NCBI GenBank assembly: GCA_964402785.1
Contig: CAYODQ010000001.1
Coordinates: 18,124-82,123, forward strand
DNA length: 64,000 bases
Source of the DNA: an uncultured Planctomycetia bacterium
GTDB taxonomy: Bacteria; Omnitrophota; Gorgyraeia; 2-02-FULL-51-18
Direction of reading: 5' to 3'
The notes beneath the pieces are model-generated. The model did no database searches and had not been told where the DNA came from. It worked only from the letters and a program-made list of their open reading frames with translations. Positions within the stretch are counted from its first letter, which is position 1; each line of letters begins with the position of its first letter. Shown here piece by piece: positions 47,439 through 56,012 of the stretch. The position numbers and the translations under genes are program-made.

Positions 47439-47794
47439 GCTATACGGGACCGGAGCGCCGCAAGTCGGATCGCATTCGTAAACAATTTACTATTCGCCTA
47501 AGAAGGATCTCAAACAGCTTTGCGGGTGATTGGGATATCGTCTTGTTGAAAGATATATCTAGGAGTAGTTTATCATTCCAGCATGATCGTCCTTTTGGTG
47601 AAGGGGATTTGCTAGATTTAAAGATCAGCATTGGTTCGGATGCCACGCCTATTAGTTGCCGCGGCGAGGTCGTTCGTGTCGAAGAAGCGGGCATTTCAAG
47701 AGCACATGAAATTGCCGTAGTTTTTGTCGATATTCAGCCGAATGATATGGAGCGCATCCAGAAGACCATTGACGAGCTCAGGAAGACGCTGTGA
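47435..47794 (+). CDS. PilZ-domain protein 3 (second motif degenerate: DISRSS)
   Basis: RRKSDR present; Gly of DxSxxG replaced by Ser. Confidence 0.75.
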   Translation: MSYTGPERRKSDRIRKQFTIRLRRISNSFAGDWDIVLLKDISRSSLSFQHDRPFGEGDLLDLKISIGSDATPISCRGEVVRVEEAGISRAHEIAVVFVDIQPNDMERIQKTIDELRKTL

Positions 47795-48585
47795 GTCAGG
47801 CCAACAAGGCTCGTTTTGCTCTCATTACCGGGGCTTCTAGCGGTATCGGGTATGAGCTTGCACATGTTTTTGCAAAAAACGGATGGAACCTAGTGCTTGT
47901 CGCCAGGCGCTTGGATAGGCTTTTAGCGTTGTCGCAGCAACTTTCCAAATCATTTGGTGTGTCCGTTTTTGTGATCGAAAAAGATCTGACGAAGCCCCAA
48001 GCTTCCGAAGAGTTATTCCGAGAAACCAGCTCCAAGAATTTAGTGATCGATGCTTTGGTGAATAATGCCGGAGTGGCTACCTACGGGATGTTTAGCCGAA
48101 CGGAACTGAAAGCCGAAACGGATCTGCTTGAGATCAATATAGGAGCGCTTACAAAATTGAGTAAGTTTTATTTACGTCCAATGCTGGAGCGAAAAAAGGG
48201 ATGGATCTTGAATGTCGCATCCACCGCCGCTTTTCAACCGGGCCCGCTCATGGCTGTGTATTACGCATCAAAAGCGTATGTGCTTTCCTTTTCCGAGGCG
48301 CTAGCCAATGAGCTTGAGGGAACCGGTGTTTCTGTCACTGCTTTGTGTCCAGGCGCTACCAAAACAGAATTTAAAGATGCGGCCAAGATGGGGGACTCCA
48401 AATTATTCCAAAAACAGGTGATGTCCGCCGAACGGGTTGCCCAGGAAGGGTATCGAGGTATGATGCGGCGAAAAACCATTGTTATTCCGGGTGTCAAAAA
48501 CACGATCATGGCTTCGTCGGTGAGATGGGCTCCCAGATGGCTCGTTCCCAGGGTCGTGAGAAGATTGCAAGAAACCCGATCTTAA
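47791..48585 (+). CDS. Short-chain dehydrogenase/reductase (SDR)
   Basis: TGASSGIG cofactor motif, YxxxK (YASKAY). Confidence 0.9.
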   Translation: MSQANKARFALITGASSGIGYELAHVFAKNGWNLVLVARRLDRLLALSQQLSKSFGVSVFVIEKDLTKPQASEELFRETSSKNLVIDALVNNAGVATYGMFSRTELKAETDLLEINIGALTKLSKFYLRPMLERKKGWILNVASTAAFQPGPLMAVYYASKAYVLSFSEALANELEGTGVSVTALCPGATKTEFKDAAKMGDSKLFQKQVMSAERVAQEGYRGMMRRKTIVIPGVKNTIMASSVRWAPRWLVPRVVRRLQETRS

Positions 48586-49232
48586 AAGGTCGAGCGAAGC
48601 AGCGCCCAAGGGTTATAGGTTGCTTTGATGCTGTCTTTGACCTTTCCTGTTTTATCGATCACCAGACCACCCTCCAAGTGCAGCATGTCTGATTCACAAT
48701 CCAGGATATTCAGCCGGGTGAATTCGCGATTTTGAACGACATTCAGCCGGATATCTTTTATTGCTATCGGCTTATGCATAAGATATCCCCATTTCTTGAG
48801 CGCGGGCTGATCTTTATAGTATTCCTTGGTGAAAAAAACATTTTTTAAGTTGATCTCCGTCTCGAAGACGGCTTGTTTTTTGAGCTCCATTTTCCTTAAT
48901 TTAAAACTACCTTTTGAGCCATAAATAAGTTCACGGCCTGCTTTGGATCGGATGCGGATCGATGCAAAATGAATCTCTGACCAATTTTTAAAGACGACGC
49001 GAGAGACGCGTACGGGGCAGTCATAGCGTTCGGACAAAATATCGGAAAAAGCCACATCCACCCAATTTCCTCGTATTTGCTGCAGCGCCACATCGGAGAG
49101 ATTTTTGGACCAGCATGGAAGGGAGGCAGCGATCCATGTGATAAAAAAAAGAAGAATCAGTTTTTCGGGTAGCGTATACAGCGCCCCCAATATCTGAAAT
49201 TCATTTCTACTAACAACGGCCTTTTTGTCCAT
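48582..49232 (-). CDS. Hypothetical protein with N-terminal membrane anchor
   Basis: ORF with hydrophobic LILLFFITWIAASL; start chosen at MDKKAVV; convergent and 4-nt overlapping with SDR gene. Confidence 0.5.
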   Translation of the reverse strand: MDKKAVVSRNEFQILGALYTLPEKLILLFFITWIAASLPCWSKNLSDVALQQIRGNWVDVAFSDILSERYDCPVRVSRVVFKNWSEIHFASIRIRSKAGRELIYGSKGSFKLRKMELKKQAVFETEINLKNVFFTKEYYKDQPALKKWGYLMHKPIAIKDIRLNVVQNREFTRLNILDCESDMLHLEGGLVIDKTGKVKDSIKATYNPWALLRSTF

Positions 49233-49344
49233 ACTAAAAATATACATTACACTTAATAAGTATTCAATTTTAACTAAAATATATATAATATTAATTAATA
49301 ATTAGTACTTGAGGGGAAAAACGGCTGTGGTAAACTAACTAGTC

Positions 49345-49869
49345 ATGAAGAAGCAGCTATTGTGGGTTGTCCTGATCATCTTTTTTTGCCCAAATTTTTC
49401 TGGCGCATCCGAAACAGCCACGTTCACACACAAGCATTTTCTGTACACCATGGATTACCCAGCTGCTTGGCACGTGAGAGAATTGAACAAAATAGCGTCA
49501 TTTTACTCGCCTTTGGACTCCCCGCAGGATAAGTTCGCTGAAAATGTGAGCGTGGTGGTCGAAGATCTGAGCCATGTGGAAGAGGATGTGCAGCTTATCG
49601 ATTATCATCGCAAAGGGATGGCTTCTGCAAAAAATAGCCTTCGAGATTTTAGAGTGCTGGAAGAAGCCAAGACAGATTTTAAGGGGCGCGAGGCTATTGT
49701 GGTCTTATACACCATGACTGACCGGGGCGTTGCCTTCAAGATCCGTTCGCTCACTTTTTTTGTGGATAAAGAAGTGTATGTGTTGACATATAGCGCAACG
49801 CAAGCGGACTACGATAAATATTTCAAAGCAGCTGAAAATTGTATTCGATCCATACGGGTCAGCCCTTGA
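49345..49869 (+). CDS. Hypothetical secreted protein
   Basis: Signal peptide MKKQLLWVVLIIFFCPNFSGA; AT-rich divergent promoter region upstream. Confidence 0.55.
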   Translation: MKKQLLWVVLIIFFCPNFSGASETATFTHKHFLYTMDYPAAWHVRELNKIASFYSPLDSPQDKFAENVSVVVEDLSHVEEDVQLIDYHRKGMASAKNSLRDFRVLEEAKTDFKGREAIVVLYTMTDRGVAFKIRSLTFFVDKEVYVLTYSATQADYDKYFKAAENCIRSIRVSP

Positions 49870-51161
49870 CTCGGTCCGAAAAAAATCTGGGAGTATTATT
49901 TGTATTTTTTACGGCCTGCTGTGTTATGGCCAGGCTCCTGTCTCAATGGAGTTACAAAACAGCCGCGATTCTTTGTTTGTTCGTTTGGATCTATTTTTTT
50001 TATGAGACCATCCTAAGAAAAAGATCGGCCATCTACGGCCCGCGAGATGAAAGGCTTTTTTTGTTGTTGCTGGTGTTGTCGGGCACATTGGTGCGTTTGA
50101 TGGTGTCGATCGAAGGATACGGCAACTACGATAGCGTTTCCTGGGAACAGGTGGGGGATATCCTAGCTCGGGGTGAGAATGTTTTTAATAACACGACCCG
50201 GTACAACACGAGCCCTGTTTGGTTCTGGATCTTGGGCACACTCAAAAAAATATCCGCCATCTTTACTTGTATTTCATATCGATCCTGGATACGCGTATTT
50301 TTAAGCGTTGTGGATCTTGTGACGTTGGGGGTGCTTTGGCGGAAGGCCGGGCATTTTTTAATGCCGCGGACCACACTGGTGGTCTTATTTTATTTGAACC
50401 CCGTTTCTATTCTTTTGTCTAGCTATCATGCGCAGTTCGAGAACCTAGCTATTCTTTTTTTGCTGATAGGAATCGCTGTTTTTTTGAGTGGCCCGACGGA
50501 TTCTCGCCGTCATCAATGGGCATCGTGGGCGTGGGTTACTCTGGGGCTGGTCACCAAGCACAACATTTGTTACGAGATCCCTATATTTCTAAGATTTGTT
50601 TATGGTAAGTTTCAGAAATGGGTCTTGTGGTTTGCGCTTTCTTGTCTAGTTTTCTTTATTTTCTTTTTGCCATACTGGAAAGAGTCGCATGAAGCGATCA
50701 TCAAAAATGTATGGCTGTATGGTTCCTACCCAATGAAATACGGTATTAGCACGTTCGGTGGTTGGCAGCACGCCAAGTATATTTTTTTGGCAGCTCTTTT
50801 TTTGTATGCTTTTATCCAAAGATCGCGCGATCTAGTGATCCGATGTTTGCAGGGAGTGTTGTTCTTTTTGACGTTTACGCCGGGTTTTGGGCATCAATAC
50901 TTGGCGCTTCCCGTGGCGCTAGGCGCTTTGAGGCCTTCACGCGCTTATTTCGCCTTTACGATGATCGCTTCGCTGGCCATCATGGGAAGCGATCGCAACA
51001 TTTACATCAAAGCACTTTCATGGATCCCTCTCAATGCGGTGTGGTTGGCGATATTCATCTGGTTCATCTTAATCCATGCCCAAGCGACCCAGGCGGCCGG
51101 ATCTCTGGGAGGAGCGGTACATGGTTCCAAAAAAGATCCCAGCTCCGATAAAATAAACTAA
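49839..51161 (+). CDS. Polytopic (about 12 TM) integral membrane protein, possibly GT-C-fold glycosyltransferase-like
   Basis: Many hydrophobic helices; no confidently recognised motif; 3' end overlaps convergent ABC-2 permease gene by 93 nt. Confidence 0.55.
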   Translation: MYSIHTGQPLTRSEKNLGVLFVFFTACCVMARLLSQWSYKTAAILCLFVWIYFFYETILRKRSAIYGPRDERLFLLLLVLSGTLVRLMVSIEGYGNYDSVSWEQVGDILARGENVFNNTTRYNTSPVWFWILGTLKKISAIFTCISYRSWIRVFLSVVDLVTLGVLWRKAGHFLMPRTTLVVLFYLNPVSILLSSYHAQFENLAILFLLIGIAVFLSGPTDSRRHQWASWAWVTLGLVTKHNICYEIPIFLRFVYGKFQKWVLWFALSCLVFFIFFLPYWKESHEAIIKNVWLYGSYPMKYGISTFGGWQHAKYIFLAALFLYAFIQRSRDLVIRCLQGVLFFLTFTPGFGHQYLALPVALGALRPSRAYFAFTMIASLAIMGSDRNIYIKALSWIPLNAVWLAIFIWFILIHAQATQAAGSLGGAVHGSKKDPSSDKIN

Positions 51162-51875
51162 ATTAAGCGCCAGTCCCGTCCAAAAGAATTGGGCCGGCAT
51201 TTGCTTTTCGGAGACGACAAGGCGGATCCCCTCAAAAACATAGGTGCTCGGAAGGCACCAAGAGATCGTTTGCAGCCATTTGGGCAGGATCTGAACTGGG
51301 TAATAGATAGCCGAGATGGGTTGCAGTAGATAAGGGATGCCCCACACCAACGCTTCGGCGGCGTGCCCCCATCGAATGATAAGTCCGGATGTAAATATAC
51401 CAACAGCCCAACCAAAAAGTAGTAAATTAAGTGCTAGTGGTATCAAATAAAATCCAAGACTGCTGATCAAGCTGTATTGATAGAGTCCAAAAGCGATCAA
51501 GGACAAAATAAGCACAATGACAGAAATTTTGAGAAGGCCATAAAGGCATGTGGCTAAGAGCCATTCCCATATCTTGAGGGGCGACACAAGAATATTCACG
51601 ATATTTTGCGTCCAAATATCCTCTACGATGGCGATGCTCACTGCTTGCTGGCTGCGATACAGTACATCCCAAAAGATCATAGCGCTCACGAGAGCATAGA
51701 CGATATGGGACAATGTTCCCGGTGATAGGCTCTGAATGTACAGCGATACGAATCCCCACACTAGAAGCTCCATGACGGGCCAGAACACGATCTCCAGGGC
51801 GCGGGGTAAGCTTCTCTTGTGCAGAAAAAGATAGCGCAAGATCATAGCCTGGATGCGGCCTAGACTATTCTGCAC
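51069..51875 (-). CDS. ABC-2 family transporter permease
   Basis: 6-TM ABC-2 architecture; adjacent to ABC ATPase. Confidence 0.82.
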   Translation of the reverse strand: MQNSLGRIQAMILRYLFLHKRSLPRALEIVFWPVMELLVWGFVSLYIQSLSPGTLSHIVYALVSAMIFWDVLYRSQQAVSIAIVEDIWTQNIVNILVSPLKIWEWLLATCLYGLLKISVIVLILSLIAFGLYQYSLISSLGFYLIPLALNLLLFGWAVGIFTSGLIIRWGHAAEALVWGIPYLLQPISAIYYPVQILPKWLQTISWCLPSTYVFEGIRLVVSEKQMPAQFFWTGLALNLVYFIGAGIFFGTMYRSSQRSGRLGRLGMD

Positions 51876-52635
51876 GACGCCTCACTAGGTCCCCGGAGCG
51901 GACGATCTTGATGAAGACTTGATCCAATGATGAGCTGTTGAAGTGGGCGAGTATTTCTTTGGGGGAGCCTTGCGCGATCATCTTACCGTCATTGATAAAA
52001 TAGATGCGATCACAAATTTCTTCCACCTCAGGCATATTGTGAGAGGTGTAAAGTATGCCGATATTCCTTTCCCGCCGGATCTTTTTTAGTACTTGTCGAA
52101 CCGTATCAGCCATCTCGGGATCCAGACTTGCCGTGGGTTCATCCAAAAGCAAGAGTTCGGGATCATTGAGTAGGCATTTCACCAGATTGAGCCGTGTTTT
52201 TTCTCCGGCAGATAAGGCGCCGCATTTACGGTTGTAAAGTTTCGCGATATCGAATAAAGATAAAAGCTCTCTGATCTTATCGGAAACTTTTTTAACGCCA
52301 TAAAGCTTTGAAAAAATAAAAAGATTTTCTGATACGGTCAAATTTGACGGAAGCTGAACATACGCTGAACAAAAATTGATCCGCTGAGAAATGGCGTGGC
52401 GATGGTGAAGAGGATCCAGTCCCAACACGCGGGCTTTGCCGCTGGTGGGGGAAAGAAGGCCCAGAAAAATATGGATAGCCGTTGTTTTTCCAGCGCCATT
52501 AGGACCCAAGAGGCCCACGATTTCTCCTGCGCGCGCTTGAAGCGACAGATCATTCAGAGCTGTCGTATCATCATAGACTTTACAAAGCGCTTGCGCATCC
52601 AAAAGTGTATTGATCATGAAGTTATTATACGACAC
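51865..52635 (-). CDS. ABC transporter ATP-binding protein (ABC-2 exporter partner)
   Basis: GPNGAGKTT, LSAGEKTRLNL, LLLDEPTASLD. Confidence 0.92.
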   Translation of the reverse strand: MSYNNFMINTLLDAQALCKVYDDTTALNDLSLQARAGEIVGLLGPNGAGKTTAIHIFLGLLSPTSGKARVLGLDPLHHRHAISQRINFCSAYVQLPSNLTVSENLFIFSKLYGVKKVSDKIRELLSLFDIAKLYNRKCGALSAGEKTRLNLVKCLLNDPELLLLDEPTASLDPEMADTVRQVLKKIRRERNIGILYTSHNMPEVEEICDRIYFINDGKMIAQGSPKEILAHFNSSSLDQVFIKIVRSGDLVRRRAE

Positions 52636-52653
52636 TTTAGAGAGATTTTTTCA

Positions 52654-52681
52654 TTGCATCATGAGAATCCGAGGGTATAAT
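52654..52681 (+). promoter_or_regulatory. Putative sigma70 promoter TTGCAT-16 nt-TATAAT
   Basis: Hexamers read from sequence; GGAGG RBS before ATG52734. Confidence 0.5.
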
Positions 52682-52733
52682 CATCTCAAAGTCCACGTGA
52701 ACCGAAATTATTTATGGAGGAAAAAGCTGCAAT

Positions 52734-53183
52734 ATGAAGCAAGCACTCATCCGATTTAGTCTACTTCCGATCCTAACTATTTTTGTCGTCTCAGGTTGTG
52801 CTACGACGCGTCCCAAGAGAGTGGATGCACAAGATCCCAACGCACAGATCTCCGCCTTACAAAATGAATTGATGGCGAAAGATCAACAGATACAGGATCT
52901 TCAGTATCAGCTGAACAATGCACAAGCTCCCGTGCCCAGCACCAACTTCACATCCGGTTCATCCAGTGACTCCTCCGATAAATACAATCTTTTGCGCGTT
53001 TCTGGGGTGAGCGGTACGGATGTTCAAAAGGCTTTGAGACGTGCCGGATTTGACCCCGGGCCTATCGATGGGCGCCTTGGCAAAAAAACCAGATCTGCGA
53101 TCAAGGCATTTCAAAAAAGAGAAGGCCTTACCGCTGATGGGATCATCGGGGAGAAAACCTGGTCTGCCTTGCGGTCCGCTTGA
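52734..53183 (+). CDS. Lipoprotein with coiled-coil and C-terminal peptidoglycan-binding domain
   Basis: Lipobox VSGC; VQKALRRAGFDPGPIDGRLGKKTRSAIKAFQKREGLTADGIIGEKTWSAL; paralogue of 30272-30802. Confidence 0.75.
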   Translation: MKQALIRFSLLPILTIFVVSGCATTRPKRVDAQDPNAQISALQNELMAKDQQIQDLQYQLNNAQAPVPSTNFTSGSSSDSSDKYNLLRVSGVSGTDVQKALRRAGFDPGPIDGRLGKKTRSAIKAFQKREGLTADGIIGEKTWSALRSA

Positions 53184-53196
53184 TCTAAGGTCGTTT

Positions 53197-53475
53197 GTGT
53201 TTATACATCAAGTACTTTTTAAGATCAAAAAAAAAGACGTAAAGATTTACAAGGCCGATTGCAAGATCTGGCGCCAAGAAGCGAAAAAGCATGCCGGTTT
53301 TTTGGATTGCCGTACATTGACACGCACCAACGCCAAAGATCAGTACGCATCGTTTTATGTATGGAAAAACGAAGGGTATCACAAACGGTTTATGGATAAG
53401 CACCATGACAGATTGGTGGGTTTGTCTAAATGCCCTGTGGAGGTTCTCGGTTACTATAACTTCAGTGTCATCTAA
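53197..53475 (+). CDS. ABM-domain (antibiotic biosynthesis monooxygenase-like) small protein, GTG start
   Basis: VLFKIKKKDVKIYKADCKIWRQEAKKHAGFL...ASFYVWKNEGYHKRFMDKHH pattern; the listed ORF start 53041 overlaps the lipoprotein gene. Confidence 0.55.
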   Translation: MFIHQVLFKIKKKDVKIYKADCKIWRQEAKKHAGFLDCRTLTRTNAKDQYASFYVWKNEGYHKRFMDKHHDRLVGLSKCPVEVLGYYNFSVI

Positions 53476-53499
53476 AGTGAGTTCAAGTGATCCCGCCTT

Positions 53500-54879
53500 A
53501 TGAATGAGCAGCCCCAATCGATAGCTCTTTTTTTTCCCGAAATAAGAGAGCTCTTAAATGAAAAAAATTTCGCTCTTCTAAAGCAAGTCCTGAAAGCTTG
53601 CAGCCCGCTTGATTTTGCGGATGTTTGGCGCAAATTCACCGAGGAAGAGCGTATTCAGATCTTCAAGCTCTTACCTTCTAATTCCGCTTTGAAATTATTT
53701 GAAATTTTAGATCTTGAGGATCAACGCTTTCTGCTGGGCAAGCTCAATGAAGAGAATGTGACGCCTATTTTGGAAAATATGGACTCCCCGGATCTGGCAA
53801 AGTTATTTCACAAGATGTCACCGCGATCCGTGAAAAAAATGACCAGTTTGATCAAGCGCCAGGAAGCTTTGGCCCATATTGATATTGTGATGAAATACCC
53901 AGAGAACACGGCGGGTAGTCTTATGCATCCTGAGTTTGTGAAGCTAACGCCGCGTATGACGGCCAAGCAGGCGCTTTTGAGGCTGCAAGCGATCACTCGT
54001 CCTGGGCAAAAAGAACATTTATACGCTCTTTATGTCACCGAGGATAGTGGAAAGGTGCTGGGAACTTTGACGCTTCAAGATCTGGTCAGCGCTCCTCCGG
54101 ATGAGCAGCTTTATGAAATGATGAATTCGGTTGAGATGATCAAGATGAAGCCCGAAACAGATCAAGAAGAAGTATCAAAGCTTTTTGCCAAATACCAGAT
54201 CAATACGGCGCCTGTCGTCGATGAATCCAATCGGTTGATAGGTGTGCTGACGGTAGGGGATATCATAAGTGTCGTTCGCCAAGAGGCTACCGAAGACATT
54301 GCCAAGATGGCCGGTACGCGTGCATCGGATATTGCTGAGCATTCCGTATTTCGTATCGTTCGCTACCGCATGCCTTGGTTGGTGATCACCTTGTTGGGTG
54401 GTCTTGTGATCTCTCAGATCATTCGTTCTTTCGAGCCCTTGATCCAACGCATTGTTGCTCTAGCTTCTTTTTCGCCTTTGATCGCCGGCATGGGCGGAAA
54501 TGTAGGCTCTCAGTCCGCCACGATCATTGTTCGTGGTTTGGCGCTTGGTCAAATATCGCCCACTCAGCAGTTTAAGGCGGTTTTTCGTGAGGCGCGCGTA
54601 GGGATGTTACTAGGACTTTTGTACGGAACATTGTTGGGATGTTTGGCATTTGTTATTTATGGTGATAAATATGGGGCAGCGTTTGCGATATGCGTATCTG
54701 TGGGCATGATGACCTCTATGACGATCGCGGCCACAATGGGTGCTATTGGACCGCTTTTATTGAATCGGTTCGGTGTGGATCCTGCGACCGCGACAGGCCC
54801 GCTTATCACGACGACAACCGACATCATCAGCAATTTCACCTATTTTATTCTAGCAACAATCCTTTTGGCCTCATTCTAA
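53500..54879 (+). CDS. mgtE: Magnesium transporter MgtE (MgtE_N, tandem CBS, TM domain)
   Basis: Domain order and conserved TM segment with GNVGSQSATI. Confidence 0.93.
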   Translation: MNEQPQSIALFFPEIRELLNEKNFALLKQVLKACSPLDFADVWRKFTEEERIQIFKLLPSNSALKLFEILDLEDQRFLLGKLNEENVTPILENMDSPDLAKLFHKMSPRSVKKMTSLIKRQEALAHIDIVMKYPENTAGSLMHPEFVKLTPRMTAKQALLRLQAITRPGQKEHLYALYVTEDSGKVLGTLTLQDLVSAPPDEQLYEMMNSVEMIKMKPETDQEEVSKLFAKYQINTAPVVDESNRLIGVLTVGDIISVVRQEATEDIAKMAGTRASDIAEHSVFRIVRYRMPWLVITLLGGLVISQIIRSFEPLIQRIVALASFSPLIAGMGGNVGSQSATIIVRGLALGQISPTQQFKAVFREARVGMLLGLLYGTLLGCLAFVIYGDKYGAAFAICVSVGMMTSMTIAATMGAIGPLLLNRFGVDPATATGPLITTTTDIISNFTYFILATILLASF

Positions 54880-55347
54880 ATGCCGCATATCCATAAGTTG
54901 TATGATTTTGTGGTCTCGATCTTTATATGTCACAAGGATCGAGTACTTCTTATTTATCACAAAAAATACAATGAATGGCTGCCGATCGGTGGACACATAG
55001 ACTTGAACGAAGATCCTGAAATAGCCCTTCTTAAAGAGATCGACGAGGAAAGCGGCCTTACGGTCAAGATCCTGGCCGACAAGCCCAAGATCGCACATCC
55101 CGGCGTTAAACCCATATGGACACCGTCGTATGTGGATGTGCATCGTATAACGGATGTCCATAAACATATTGCTTTCATTTATTTTGGTATAAGCCGGTCA
55201 GACAAGGTCCGGCTGTGCGAAAGAGAACATCGGGAGTTTCGTTGGCTGACCGAAAAGGAGATCGATAGCCCCAAATACGCACTCACGCGTTCCATCCGGT
55301 TCTATTGCTGCAAAGCGCTCCAGGCAGCCGCGCGCGCCAAACGATGA
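54880..55347 (+). CDS. NUDIX hydrolase
   Basis: Nudix box GGHIDLNEDPEIALLKEIDEESGL. Confidence 0.85.
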   Translation: MPHIHKLYDFVVSIFICHKDRVLLIYHKKYNEWLPIGGHIDLNEDPEIALLKEIDEESGLTVKILADKPKIAHPGVKPIWTPSYVDVHRITDVHKHIAFIYFGISRSDKVRLCEREHREFRWLTEKEIDSPKYALTRSIRFYCCKALQAAARAKR

Positions 55348-56012
55348 GAACAAGATCTTTTTTTATATTAGCCCTGTTTCCTTTGCTTTTTTATTCTTCC
55401 TCCGCTTCCGCCGAGATCGATTTTATTAAAGTAGTTGAAATACAAGGCCGAGCGGATGTATATGACCCAAAATCATCGCAATGGATCCTTCAAACCGCCA
55501 CGCCCGTTCGTTTGAAAGCGGGTTCGCGGCTACGTACTTATCCCGACAGTTCGGCTGAGATTGTGATGAGCAATCATTGGGACAGGCTTGTTTATTTGGC
55601 GGAAAACTCCAGGATCAGCGTTTTGGACGACGGCTTGAGCCGCTTTGCGCTGGACGAGGGCCATGTGTATGTTTTATGCGAAGACGACAGTTGCTTGGCA
55701 AAGCCACTTAAATTTCTAACCAAAGACGCTCTCGTGGAGTTGAGCGTGGCGGGAGCCGGTATTCGATCCGATGCCACAGGCACTCACGTGCAGGTGTTTG
55801 CCGATTTTGTTACCGTTTTTCCCAAAAAAAGTGGAAAATATGGGCTTTCGGGTGCATCTCTACAAGAAGGATTTCAGGCGGCGTATGTGTCTGACGCTGA
55901 AACAAATACGCCGACCCGGATGACGTTTGATGACTATTGGAAATGGCAGGCATGGCTTAAGGCTCGGTATGCTAAAAAAGATAAACTCCTCTCAAAACGC
56001 GCCAACCGATAA
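55344..56012 (+). CDS. Hypothetical secreted protein
   Basis: Signal peptide MRTRSFFILALFPLLFYSSSASA; ATGA overlap with NUDIX gene. Confidence 0.5.
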   Translation: MRTRSFFILALFPLLFYSSSASAEIDFIKVVEIQGRADVYDPKSSQWILQTATPVRLKAGSRLRTYPDSSAEIVMSNHWDRLVYLAENSRISVLDDGLSRFALDEGHVYVLCEDDSCLAKPLKFLTKDALVELSVAGAGIRSDATGTHVQVFADFVTVFPKKSGKYGLSGASLQEGFQAAYVSDAETNTPTRMTFDDYWKWQAWLKARYAKKDKLLSKRANR

